From Histomonas meleagridis 2922-C6/04-290x (Eukaryota > Protista > Parabasalia): a DNA stretch of 64,000 nt. A model generated the notes under the pieces. That model saw only the letters and a program-made list of their open reading frames with translations, made no database searches and was not told the DNA's origin. Positions 1 through 10,511 of this stretch are shown here, piece by piece (the first letter of the stretch is position 1; each line of letters opens with the position of its first letter). The DNA lies in NCBI GenBank assembly GCA_020184695.1, contig JAANOX010000254.1:1-64000 (forward strand), in the 5' to 3' direction. Made by a program: the position numbers and the translations under genes.

Positions 1-863
1 AAATAAACACCAAATTCCAGCAGCGCGGATGATTTTTTAATTTTTTCCATCTGAGCAACTTAGAGAGGAGCTCTCAGAACCATATGTTTCCTCATATGAG
101 AGAACTCGAAACATATCAGATTATCCCGAAGTAAGATAACTCAGAACTCAAAACGGAACATACCAATGAGGAAACTTTAAAAAATCAAAATTCTAACAAA
201 ATTATTAGATGAACTAAATGGTTATTAACTAAGTGCGATTGTAGAATTTGAAATTATTATATTTTTTAATTTATCTCAAGAATAAAATATATTTTATTAT
301 TATTATTAATACAGTAGATCCAGTGTTTGCAGAAATAATGTTCCTCATGGAAAATTCCAATATGGATGCTTTTCATAATATTTGGTGAAATAATAATATG
401 AGGTGCGAAATATGCAAACCCTTTTGATTAAATATTACCGATGTTAGGCTTTTTTATCAAATGCTTCTATTTAAACATCAATAATATAATGATAAAATTG
501 AGAATATTTCTTTCCCAAATTTTTCTTTGGTAAATTTTCATAGATAAATAATATTTAATTTTATATTTTAATAATATAATAAGATTTCATGTTGAGACAA
601 AATTTTAAAAAAGTCAAAACCATAAAAACCATTAGATTTGTGTTTCTCTTTGCTTTATGAGATAATAAGGTTAAATGTTTTGATTTGATTTTTAGAAATT
701 ATTTTTTCGCCAAAAGCTTATTCACATATAGATAAAGAGCTGCTTGTGATTTTAAATTATTGTCAATAATGATCCCAGATCAATTTCCTTCTACATTTGA
801 TAATTATCTATTTCTAGACAAATTTTCTATAGAAATTAACGTTCATTAATACCCTGGTGTAAA

Positions 864-1541
864 ATGAAGAGAAAATTTACAAATAAAGAAAGGAGAAGAA
901 TATACAAGGTTATAAAGAATTCTGCAAGCATGTCTCTAAGGAGTGCTGCTTTGCTTGAATTTGTTTCAGCATTTCACTCTGTTTTATTAAATCCAAATCC
1001 AAACATAGATTTAGGAAGTAGCGCTTTAAATATTATATCCAATTCTCTTGCTTTTACAGCAGAGTCAGTATTGTTAGAGACATGTTTTAAAACTCCTATC
1101 TACAATACAAAGGAAATCATTATTTTAAATGCAAAAATTATAACAGCAGCAGCTTTACTCACACACCCTCTCACTACCCTTGTATCAAACTATAAACAAC
1201 AGAATCGCCTTTCATTTGATGGATTTTTTCCAACTCTTTTCCAAAAAATTTCTTCCAATTTCGGATTTTCGACTGCATCAATTTTAGCAGAGAAATACTT
1301 ACCTCCTGATTACAAGATTGGTGGTTCGTTTGCTCGTTTTGTTGCTAAAAATACAATTTCAAATATTGGCGGAAACATAGGATTTGTAATTGGTTCCTTA
1401 CCACAAACAAGGGTACTTAGGCTTAGCACTTTAAAAAGTTATGCCATACAAATTGCGAAAGAAATACCAAAAACAATGTTTTCCTCTTGTTTGCTTTCAG
1501 CAGCACCAATTGCATATACTTTTTATATATCTAATGTATAA
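864..1541 (+). CDS. hypothetical protein, moderately hydrophobic (225 aa)
   Basis: ATG-initiated 225-codon ORF in AT-rich DNA, ends TAAA; no family recognised. Confidence 0.6.
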   Translation: MKRKFTNKERRRIYKVIKNSASMSLRSAALLEFVSAFHSVLLNPNPNIDLGSSALNIISNSLAFTAESVLLETCFKTPIYNTKEIIILNAKIITAAALLTHPLTTLVSNYKQQNRLSFDGFFPTLFQKISSNFGFSTASILAEKYLPPDYKIGGSFARFVAKNTISNIGGNIGFVIGSLPQTRVLRLSTLKSYAIQIAKEIPKTMFSSCLLSAAPIAYTFYISNV

Positions 1542-1680
1542 ATGTATATGTTCTTAATCTTTTTTCTTAGAACTGCTGTGAAAGGTGTGAGTTCATAACG
1601 GTTTTTTCAATATGGTGACCGTTAGCGCCAAAAATGCAATTCCAATTTGTAATGGCATTGTTTCACATAAACTACTACTT

Positions 1681-2300
1681 ATGGAATCGAAATCAAACGA
1701 TGGTATCAAACCATATGAAGAAAATGTCTATTGTAAATGTTTGTTGAATTTTTCACTTTCAGTTGAAGGTTTAAAAAGAATTAATTTTAAAAATTATGAA
1801 AATAATTTCGAGTTTCGATTTCAAAATGATAAATTATTAAAAGTACCTGATTTCCTTGCAGAATTTATTTCACCTGTTGTTTCAAATATGAAAGCTAAAA
1901 ACCCAAAAATGAATTTTTTAAAAGTTGACGAAGTTGTAACAGATGAAATAATTCATAAATTCTAGGAATTATTACATGGACAAAGTGTTAATATTATTGA
2001 TTTGGAAGATCCACTTATCAACATTTTTAACCAACTTAAAAATCCAGAACTTATAGAAAAATTGCCTCTTGAAATCAATAATGACAATTTAATAAATATT
2101 CTTAATCTTAAAACTAAAGTAGGAATTAATATTGACAAAGAAATTGAATATGGAGCAAAACATTTTGAAGAAATTAAAGAACAAAATTTTTCGTATTTTA
2201 AACTTAAGAAATGTCCATTCAATCCTTGTGCTATTCCTTAATGAAAATATTTTTTATACGCTATCAGAATGTTTTATTATTTTATCATTTATATTTATTA
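1681..2300 (+). pseudogene. disrupted BTB/POZ-like trichomonad protein
   Basis: ORFs 1612-1965 and 2002-2241 are in the same frame, separated by one TAG (1963-1965; HKF*ELLHGQ). Motif FEFRFQ..LKVPDFLAEFISPVVS..KNP resembles trichomonad BTB-like N-termini. A probable frameshift near 2195 continues as LNLRNVHSILVLFLNEN. Likely start is ATG 1681. Confidence 0.5.
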
Positions 2301-2314
2301 AATATTTTCATTTT

Positions 2315-3925
2315 TTATTTATTAATATTTTTCTTTTCTATTTTTTCCAAATATTCCGAAATTTCATCTGTTCCATGTTTTTTGCAGTATTCAAAATAAT
2401 CAAAATAGTATTCATCACCTTCATCATCTCGAAATTCTGCAATTGAATGAATAATATTAACATATTCATCAATATCATATTCATCGTACGTTATTCTTTT
2501 AATATCAAATTTCTTCGTTTCGATCAATAATTTTACTATTTCTAAATTCTTTTTTTCGATTGCAATTGCCAAACAAGTCAAATAAACAACATGTAAATCA
2601 CCAGTACCACTTTGTTCATATGAATAGCTCATGCCCTTAAACGGATTAACAAAAGGATTTTGAAGAAGACATTCAACACCTTCAATGTTGCCATTTTCTA
2701 TTTGAAGTGCAAGAAGTGAATAATATTCATAGAAATGTATCATCTGCAAATCAGGACTTATTAATTTAGCATAAATTAAATTATTATATATTTGATAATT
2801 TGTTGCATCACATTTTGTAACATTTAAGTTTTTTAGTGCTGTGCAAGTTTTATGTGGATTTTGTCCCATTAAAGATATACATAAATCAATTAAATCTGCT
2901 TCATCATATGATAATAGTTCAAACATTTGTAATGTTTCGTATACAAGGTTTTCTTTGTTTTTTATCCCTTTTTGAGATAAATATGATAAAAGTTCGAAAT
3001 TTGCATATTGAATGCATGTAACACCTAAATCCATATCAATTTGGACACTTCCTGAAATTGATTCGTCCCAATATATAAAATTGTCATAATGTTTAATTCT
3101 GATTTTTTCTAATTTTCTAATTTTTTCGATTTTGTTTTCATAAATATATTTAAAGATATCATTTCGATGAAAAATAATTGCTGCTTCACATGCTTTATCA
3201 AATGTTGAATGATTTTGTTCACATAAATGTACAATTTCAATGTTTCCACCTGCAACTGCATATTTACCTGTGTTTGCTACTTTTGCATCATTCATAAGTA
3301 AATATTTAAAACATTTTATGGATGAAAAAAACGCTGCATAATCAATTAATGTAACATTTGGTTTGTTAATAAATGAACATCTTTCATAATGTGATTCTGG
3401 AATAGTTTGATTAAAATCAAAATTGTTTTGTGATGATATTTCTTGAAGCTTTTCGATGTCATCATTTCGTATTATTTTCGCTATTTCATTTGAATTATGT
3501 TCTTCTTCAATTAATTGCTTATGAAGTTCCAAATCTTTCTTCGAAAGTTCTTCAAAATTTTCCAATAATGTTTGTGAAAATGAGTCATCATCATAAAAAT
3601 ATTTTTCATTTTCAGTGTATTTGAGGTATAGGATGTAACGCGCTTCATTGGTTTCAAGTTTGAATAAGAAATTTGTAAAAAATTTGTTGATTTCTTTAAA
3701 TTTATTTTTATCTCGTTGTTCAAGACATTGCAAATATTCAAAATATAAATTAGTGTCTTTGTCTTGAAAAATAAATGAGGCATAAATAAGCCTGAAAATA
3801 ATTAGATTAAATGATTTTGAATATTTGGAATGACTTAGTTCTATTGTTTTTTCCACAGAACTTTCTATGTTAGATTTGTTTAATTCATCAAAAATAATAT
3901 TCTTGAGCTGGCTTTCTATGTTCAA
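2315..3925 (-). CDS. DUF3447-type ankyrin-repeat protein lacking an ATG start
   Basis: IIRNDDIEKLQEI, LIDYAAFFSSIKCFKYLL, AVAGGNIEIVHLCEQ, AAIIFHRNDIFKY motifs; C-terminal ankyrin repeats. The frame is open for 536 codons, but the first in-frame ATG is about 210 codons in. Confidence 0.75.
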   Translation of the reverse strand: MNIESQLKNIIFDELNKSNIESSVEKTIELSHSKYSKSFNLIIFRLIYASFIFQDKDTNLYFEYLQCLEQRDKNKFKEINKFFTNFLFKLETNEARYILYLKYTENEKYFYDDDSFSQTLLENFEELSKKDLELHKQLIEEEHNSNEIAKIIRNDDIEKLQEISSQNNFDFNQTIPESHYERCSFINKPNVTLIDYAAFFSSIKCFKYLLMNDAKVANTGKYAVAGGNIEIVHLCEQNHSTFDKACEAAIIFHRNDIFKYIYENKIEKIRKLEKIRIKHYDNFIYWDESISGSVQIDMDLGVTCIQYANFELLSYLSQKGIKNKENLVYETLQMFELLSYDEADLIDLCISLMGQNPHKTCTALKNLNVTKCDATNYQIYNNLIYAKLISPDLQMIHFYEYYSLLALQIENGNIEGVECLLQNPFVNPFKGMSYSYEQSGTGDLHVVYLTCLAIAIEKKNLEIVKLLIETKKFDIKRITYDEYDIDEYVNIIHSIAEFRDDEGDEYYFDYFEYCKKHGTDEISEYLEKIEKKNINK

Positions 3926-3948
3926 AGTGAAATTATTTCCTAACGGTC
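3926..3948 (-). promoter_or_regulatory. Inr (TCACT, 3930-3926) plus M3-like GACCGTTA (3948-3941)
   Basis: Both motifs lie directly upstream of the 2315-3925 reading frame. Confidence 0.6.
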
Positions 3949-4133
3949 TCTATAATTTGTTCACCAAAAATTCCCATTTAAAAAAAGGAAAATTTTTATT
4001 TTGTAAATACAAACCATTGGTGCTTTAGTTTCAAATTGCTTAAAAACATTTTCAATTTATATTTTTTTATATCATTATAAAATATTTGATTGTAAGAAAA
4101 ATTTTTGTTGCAATAATTTTGTTTTATTCCAAA

Positions 4134-5123
4134 TCACTCATTCTTATGGTGGTGTTTCTTATGTTTATGTTCTTTCTTAACTGTTCTTTGTTCAACAAAA
4201 TGGCTTAAAAATTCATTTGCTTGTTCTTCACCTTGTTCCGCTGCAGCCTCAATGTATTCACGTGCTTTACCTGGGTTTCTCTTACAACCTTCACCTTTCA
4301 TCAACATTGCACCATATGTATACTGCGCAGTGGGGTGCCCCAAATCAGCGGCTCTTTTGAAGTACGTTAAGGCTTGTGACATGTCTTGTTCAACGCCTTC
4401 GCCCTCACGAAGCATCATACCATAGTTAAACATAGCTTTGGGGTTTCCAGCAACAGCCGCAAGTTTATAGTATTTGGCAGCTTCAGCAAGATCTTTATTA
4501 CATCCACGACCTTCTTGAAGACAAAGAGCCCACTGGAATTGTTCGTCAACAAGTCCACGCTCTGCGCCTTGCTTATGTATAGCGGCAACTCTCTTTGGAT
4601 CACGTGGTTGACTTAATAAAATATCAATTTGACTCATGGCAAGTGGTTGTGGTTTGTCGCTACTAGATTCATGACCGAACTGTACTGAATCAATGTCATT
4701 AAAATGCTTCTTTCTTGCTGATTCAGCTGGTTCAGCATCAAATCTATAAATTTCACCATTTTCGCCAATAAGTGTTGCTTCATCATAATCTTCATTTTGT
4801 TGGAATTCGTATACCTGTTTTACATTGGGTTGAGGGCGTGATTGAGATTCTGATGGAAGAACATGAATCATATCACCATTGACTGCACCAATATCTCTAA
4901 GTGTTTGTCCTTTTATTAACCAATTTACCTGGCCTTGTGAATTTCTATATAGTATTTGATAATCAATGTTTTTAGGCAATTTAAGGTTTCCACATGCACT
5001 GTCAAGAAGTTGTTCATAGGTGAAATCCAAGTAGTATGTAAAGTGTTGTGGTTGTGGATCTTGAACCTTATCTGTTGTATATAAAATTACTGTTTGGTAA
5101 GTTACATCTAGGTTTAAAGCCAT
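4134..5123 (-). CDS. Sel1-like repeat protein with N-terminal ubiquitin-like region
   Basis: Three SEL1 repeats (QFQWALCLQEGRGCNKDLAEAAKYYKLAA; AMFNYGMMLREGEGVEQDMSQALTYFKRAADLG; AQYTYGAMLMKGEG). N-terminal TLRDIGAVNGDMIHV is Ubl-like. Lys/His-rich tail. Confidence 0.85.
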   Translation of the reverse strand: MALNLDVTYQTVILYTTDKVQDPQPQHFTYYLDFTYEQLLDSACGNLKLPKNIDYQILYRNSQGQVNWLIKGQTLRDIGAVNGDMIHVLPSESQSRPQPNVKQVYEFQQNEDYDEATLIGENGEIYRFDAEPAESARKKHFNDIDSVQFGHESSSDKPQPLAMSQIDILLSQPRDPKRVAAIHKQGAERGLVDEQFQWALCLQEGRGCNKDLAEAAKYYKLAAVAGNPKAMFNYGMMLREGEGVEQDMSQALTYFKRAADLGHPTAQYTYGAMLMKGEGCKRNPGKAREYIEAAAEQGEEQANEFLSHFVEQRTVKKEHKHKKHHHKNE

Positions 5124-5363
5124 TTTCTACAGTTCTGGAACTTTTCCTGATTGTAAGCACGATAGAAATTATTTATTGGTTCAATTCTGAACTTTTTCAA
5201 ATGAAAGCATATTATCGTTGTTTACTTGGAATCCGTTTAATAATCAAGCACCCACAATCAAAAGTGACAGTATTTTGTACTAACCAGATTGCCCCTAACC
5301 GCTGCGTTTACTGAAAAAGTGGTATTCAAAATTGAGAAGTTCTGTCATTTTACCAACTAGACA

Positions 5364-6170
5364 ATGTCAGCTGATCCAAAGCTTGTTGAAGCCGCTTCTA
5401 GACTTCTTGTCAACGCTCCACCTGGGGAATTCGAAGACTGTGTAAATGCTATGAACCAATTTGTCGAAGATAAAGATGTTGTCGAAGAAGCCAGAAAACA
5501 TTCAGTTCGTAAGTGGATGATGTCCCGTTGTGTTGCTGTTGAAGTTGGAGATCATTCTGCAATGGTTTGTGAAGAGGCTCTTCAAGATGGAAGCAGGTTT
5601 GTTGATCCACATACAATGAAGATTTTCGAATACAACTTTGAAGACCGTACATCCCAAGAAACTGACGAACAATTAGATTCAACACCATTCAGGAGTGCAT
5701 GCCAAACAGCTCTTGATGTTTTCTCAAAGAATACCTTAAAGAACGGTGCATGTGGTGTTTATGACACAAGTGATGGTGTTGCTATTGTTCTCAGTGGTTC
5801 ATCAATTGCTAGAGAAAACTATCGTACAGGTGATGTCTTCATGAGATTTACAATTGTTAACGGACATCTTTCTGGTAAGATAACAGCTGCTGCTCACTTC
5901 TATGAAAACGGTAACTGCACACTCGAAAACAGTGCTGACTTCGAAGCACAAGTTAGCGGAAATGACAATGATTCAATGGCCGCCGCCGCAGTTAAGAAAC
6001 TTTCCGAGTTCTATAAGACATGGACTGAAAAACTTGCTTATGGCTTTGACCTCCTTAAAGACGAAGGTTTGAATCGCCTTCGCCGTAGACTTCCAGTCAC
6101 CAAATCTAAGGTCAATTGGCGCGCTGAAATTGTTGGCTCTGCATCAATGGGAACCAAGAAAGGCAAATAA
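5364..6170 (+). CDS. CAPZA: F-actin capping protein alpha subunit
   Basis: LLVNAPPGEFEDCV, AHFYENGNCTL and LNRLRRRLPVTKSKVNW match CapZ-alpha signatures; 268 aa. Confidence 0.92.
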   Translation: MSADPKLVEAASRLLVNAPPGEFEDCVNAMNQFVEDKDVVEEARKHSVRKWMMSRCVAVEVGDHSAMVCEEALQDGSRFVDPHTMKIFEYNFEDRTSQETDEQLDSTPFRSACQTALDVFSKNTLKNGACGVYDTSDGVAIVLSGSSIARENYRTGDVFMRFTIVNGHLSGKITAAAHFYENGNCTLENSADFEAQVSGNDNDSMAAAAVKKLSEFYKTWTEKLAYGFDLLKDEGLNRLRRRLPVTKSKVNWRAEIVGSASMGTKKGK

Positions 6171-6485
6171 ATAAATCGCACTTTGATTTGGTAATATTTA
6201 AGAACAACAAGTTGTTTCAAGTGGTCTTCCAACACGTCCAAGAACAAGAAAACGAAAATAAAAAAGCGATCAAAAATCATTGAAATTTTCGTTTAATGAG
6301 GTTCTGAAATCTACTGAAACCATTTTGAAGATTTGAATGAATATGTGGTCATTTCAAAGGTGAAATGATCGAATAAATTTATAATGTGGGTTTAAGATTA
6401 TCGATGAATATAATTACAATTGGAATTTAGGAAATTTTGTTAAACAAAATACATATATTTTTATTCATCCTTTTTAAACAATTTA

Positions 6486-8249
6486 TTATTTTCTTTGATA
6501 AAATAAAATATAAGCCTTACTGTTGTGTGCTGCGGCAATACTTATTTTACTAGCGCTTGAATCATTAAAGTAATACCATTGTCCTGAAGGCAAATCTAAT
6601 GCAGCTGAGGTGTAATGACCGCCATTTAATCCACCAGCATGAAAAACTACACCAATCAATCTATACACATCGTTGTTCTTTTTCATTGTGAACAAAGACG
6701 CGTCAAGTTCATCTGGATAATCAACAGTAGTATCAATTTTCGTTGCATATCTTAATCTTCCTTCGAATCTTTTCAAATGTATAATTAGTACAGGAGGACA
6801 TTGTTCAATCTCGATTTTCTTTGTCGCTTTAACATAATGATTACATTTCTCACATTTCCATTTGTTACTTTCATCTAATTGTTCTTCTTTTAAGAAGAAC
6901 TTTATGCAATCGATGAGTTTTATACTTTTCTCAGCTCTGGACGGAACTGAAAGAGACAAAAACATAAATAACTCATGAACAATAGATGAATACCCACAAA
7001 GATTACAATTAATACGACTGTAAAGTTTCCCAGAAAACAAATCCATAATTGGAGATGAGTTTTTGCTTAAATAAAGGCTCCATGAATCAGCATTAGATGA
7101 AACAGTTTCATTCTCTGTGCTATTTTTTGGACGCGCGGCTTGATTAAGATCTTCATGAAGTCCATCAAGAAGTGCTCCAAGTAGTTCTTGTGAATCTTGC
7201 TGCCAGTAATTCGCAAATTTTCGATACTTAGAAGCAATCGCACTTCGAAGTAAACGTGGATCTCGTGTATTGTTTCGACCGCCACAAATGTCCATCAGAA
7301 AATTACGATATGCAAGTGCAATGGCGCCATGAGAACCAAGTGGATTATTAAAGTTGATATGTGATTCGAATGTTGGTGACATAACAAATGCTGTGAGTGG
7401 CTGAATTCGAATTAGACATTGAATGGCGGCATTGAAAAAACAGGTGTTACCAAGGTTGTGAAGACCAGCAGGCTTTGGAAATGGTTGAACAGTGTGTAAA
7501 TTAAAGAAATCAGTGACTGATAATGATTTCATTGAATTGCCAGATAAGTCAATGGATGGGGAAGATTGAGATGAAGTTGTAAAATTGGAGCTTTCTTCGA
7601 GAGAGGAAGCATTGGAATCGGTTGAATTTTTTTGTGTATCGATTGAATCTTTATTTGATGAAATGGAATCTAATTCAGTAAGTATTACATTTCCATCAAA
7701 TCTTTTTAAAATGTCTGAAACTAGTAAAGAATCATCGATTATTGAGTGTTGTGATTGTGATAAAAAGCGATATTTTTGACGATCGATACTTAAAATTCTA
7801 CATAACTGTGTCAGGACATCTCCAATTACCCAGTCCTTTAAAACAGATTTTTGTATAAATCGATTTTGAAAGGAAATTCTTAAAGTATCTGATGAAAACA
7901 AAACAATTGGTTCTCCTGTTTTAGGATGTTTAATTAGATTTCTTTGATAAGGCTGTATTCTTTTAAATAATTTTGCAATTTCTGGCCATGCTGATGATGG
8001 AATTACTTCAAAATCAGTATGTAATTTAAGATCTGACTTAAATTTATTTCCGCTTTTTAAACTATTTAAGTTCATTTCGCTAGGCTTTGGATTTTGTGGG
8101 TCTTTAAGCCATTTAATTAAAGAATCATACCATTGTTTTTCTACAACAACAACTTTTAAAACATAATTTGTTGCATTTATTTTAAGCGAAGACAATATTT
8201 TATCAGCTTTTGTTGGTGACAATTCTTTGTTTCCTTCGCCTTTTTCCAT
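6486..8249 (-). CDS. ubiquitin carboxyl-terminal hydrolase (USP, peptidase C19) with DUSP-like N-terminus
   Basis: Cys box GLHNLGNTCFFNAAIQCL, QQDSQELL, CxxC pairs, LIIHLKRF, His box HAGGLNGGHYTS, WYYFND, AYILFYQR. Confidence 0.95.
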   Translation of the reverse strand: MEKGEGNKELSPTKADKILSSLKINATNYVLKVVVVEKQWYDSLIKWLKDPQNPKPSEMNLNSLKSGNKFKSDLKLHTDFEVIPSSAWPEIAKLFKRIQPYQRNLIKHPKTGEPIVLFSSDTLRISFQNRFIQKSVLKDWVIGDVLTQLCRILSIDRQKYRFLSQSQHSIIDDSLLVSDILKRFDGNVILTELDSISSNKDSIDTQKNSTDSNASSLEESSNFTTSSQSSPSIDLSGNSMKSLSVTDFFNLHTVQPFPKPAGLHNLGNTCFFNAAIQCLIRIQPLTAFVMSPTFESHINFNNPLGSHGAIALAYRNFLMDICGGRNNTRDPRLLRSAIASKYRKFANYWQQDSQELLGALLDGLHEDLNQAARPKNSTENETVSSNADSWSLYLSKNSSPIMDLFSGKLYSRINCNLCGYSSIVHELFMFLSLSVPSRAEKSIKLIDCIKFFLKEEQLDESNKWKCEKCNHYVKATKKIEIEQCPPVLIIHLKRFEGRLRYATKIDTTVDYPDELDASLFTMKKNNDVYRLIGVVFHAGGLNGGHYTSAALDLPSGQWYYFNDSSASKISIAAAHNSKAYILFYQRK

Positions 8250-8680
8250 AGCAAAGGACGTTTATGTTTGCGAGATTTGGAAACGTTAAACCAATTGAGC
8301 GTAAAGTATACAATTATCGATTTTCTCTCAAAAATGAAATTCCTTTAAAAAACAAATTATTTTTTATTATCTTTATTATATATAAACATTTTCGAGTATT
8401 CTTATGAGAAAATCAAAATATTTATTATGACGTATTTCAAAAAAAAAAATAGAAATGAATTAAAATTTGTGTATATACACAAAAAAACGTTTCAATTTTT
8501 GAATTAGAAACGATCAAAATTCAGTTCACGAAATCTTCTTCTAGTGACTTTTTCAGAGCTTTATGCCAAAATTTGAGGCAAATTTCATTTGTTTATATGT
8601 TTTCATTTTGTTATTACATGCATTTCATCAAATCTTAAATAAATCACCAAACATTAAATTTAAAACACCAAAAAATCAAA

Positions 8681-9739
8681 TCATTTTCCTTCAGCGTTAT
8701 TCTTAGCATTTGATTTCTTTCTACTTTTTGGAATTGATCCAAATATCAAAGGTTTTTGTAAGTAATAAAACTCGACCATATCCTTTGTTGTCTTATCAGG
8801 AAACGCCTTTGCTATTATACCGAACTTATGCGGGTTTTCCCAAAACAACTTTACGTACAAAGTTTTTTCCTGTGGCGACCAATATAATCTTTTTTTATAT
8901 TTATTATGTTCACCCACAGGATCATTCACATATCGATTATTATCTACGTAATCATTATATCTTGGAAGCTCAAAACTAAGTCTCATTTCTACATCAGGCG
9001 CAGTTCCTTTAAGTGCATCTTTTCCTTCAAATGGTACTGTCGGAGTCGCAGGTTGCTCAGGACCCCAATGATAATTGTCATTATGATATTTTAGGTTTAA
9101 TGTATCAACTGCTGGGTTTTGTTCCTTTTTCCAGATTTGGTATAACTCATTGTATTGTTTGGAATATGCAATCTTTTGTTCTTGTACTAAGTTGGAGCGC
9201 CAAAATAAAGACGTGTAAAATAATGGAAGATTTTCATATTGCGTTTGAAGCTGGGTAGAAAATAATGGAAGTTCTTCAACACTTGAATATTCATGATGCG
9301 TTTCAACTGTATATTTTTGTTTTGCTGTGTTTGCGCGAATTTTACTTTGTTGCGTAATTGTGTTAATAATATGTTTCGGAAATAAAAAGCCATGATAATC
9401 ATCTATACGAAATTGAGATGAATTACTTTCGAAACTAAGGTTTTCGTCTTGAATAAGTCGGGAATTTTCGCGTTCTAATGAAATTAATGTGGTCTCAAAT
9501 GAGGTGATGTCATTCTGTAAATCGGATTTGGCTTTTTCTATTTCTGACGCTTTTGGTAAGGATGGATATGGTGCGCCACTAAATATTTTTTTTGGATGAT
9601 TCTGGGAAAAATATAACGATTTATCATAATATGAACGTGGGCGACTAGGTGCCGAATTAGGGAAAGAATGCATAACTTGATAATTTGGAGGTGAATTAAA
9701 ATTTCCCATGGAATTTATTATTGGTGGCGCATTGGCCAT
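8681..9739 (-). CDS. SANT-domain protein, NCoR/SMRT/Snt1-like
   Basis: C-terminal WSPQEKTLYVKLFWENPHKFGIIAKAFPDKTTKDMVEFYYLQK matches the NCoR SANT1 pattern; upstream coiled coil. First ATG is 9739, preceded by TCACT (9751-9747). Confidence 0.72.
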   Translation of the reverse strand: MANAPPIINSMGNFNSPPNYQVMHSFPNSAPSRPRSYYDKSLYFSQNHPKKIFSGAPYPSLPKASEIEKAKSDLQNDITSFETTLISLERENSRLIQDENLSFESNSSQFRIDDYHGFLFPKHIINTITQQSKIRANTAKQKYTVETHHEYSSVEELPLFSTQLQTQYENLPLFYTSLFWRSNLVQEQKIAYSKQYNELYQIWKKEQNPAVDTLNLKYHNDNYHWGPEQPATPTVPFEGKDALKGTAPDVEMRLSFELPRYNDYVDNNRYVNDPVGEHNKYKKRLYWSPQEKTLYVKLFWENPHKFGIIAKAFPDKTTKDMVEFYYLQKPLIFGSIPKSRKKSNAKNNAEGK

Positions 9740-10511
9740 GGGTTTTAGTGACCAATAAAAAAAATACTCGTCAATTTTCAACGGCCGCGTCCGTCTTACT
9801 TTTTCTGCGGGCGTTTCAGGTAAATTGTGAGGAATTCAATTTTGAATAAATTTTCAAACCGCCTTGTGAACATTTGCAAATGTTAAATCCTTGTTTAATC
9901 GTATATTTAATGGAAGTTTTCAACATTTCTGATAAAAAAATAAATTTTATTCTTTATTATTATGGAAATAACATAAATATGAAGATACCATATTTTTTTT
10001 TCTGAATTTATCTTACTTAGGAATTAAAATATTCATATTTTTAATTATCATATCCATATTTGCACATATAAAAAAGTTTTCTTTTTTATAGGAAATCATT
10101 AATGAAGGAAAATCATCGTATTATACATTGGATAACTTAGTTCCGATTTTTGTGATTTTAAAAAGTAATTTGAATCTTTTGAAATTACGATTCATATTTT
10201 TGTGTTGTAAGATGAAATTTCAAAATTTCAAACATTCAATAAATAAAGGGACATCTTCTTTACCTCAATTTAAATTTGAGGAATAATACAAAATTCTATT
10301 AATGATTGCGACCAAATTATCTGAAAAAAGCTATCGTTGGAAATCGATTTTGAAAGTAATTAAATCGACAAGATTTTTTTTGATAAAAATAGATTAAATC
10401 AAAAGATAACAAGTATTTTTGATACAAATAAAAGCAAATTCATTACATTTACTTAATTTTAATCCCATTGAAATTAATGACATAAAAAAGAATTTTGAAC
10501 AAACATTTTTA

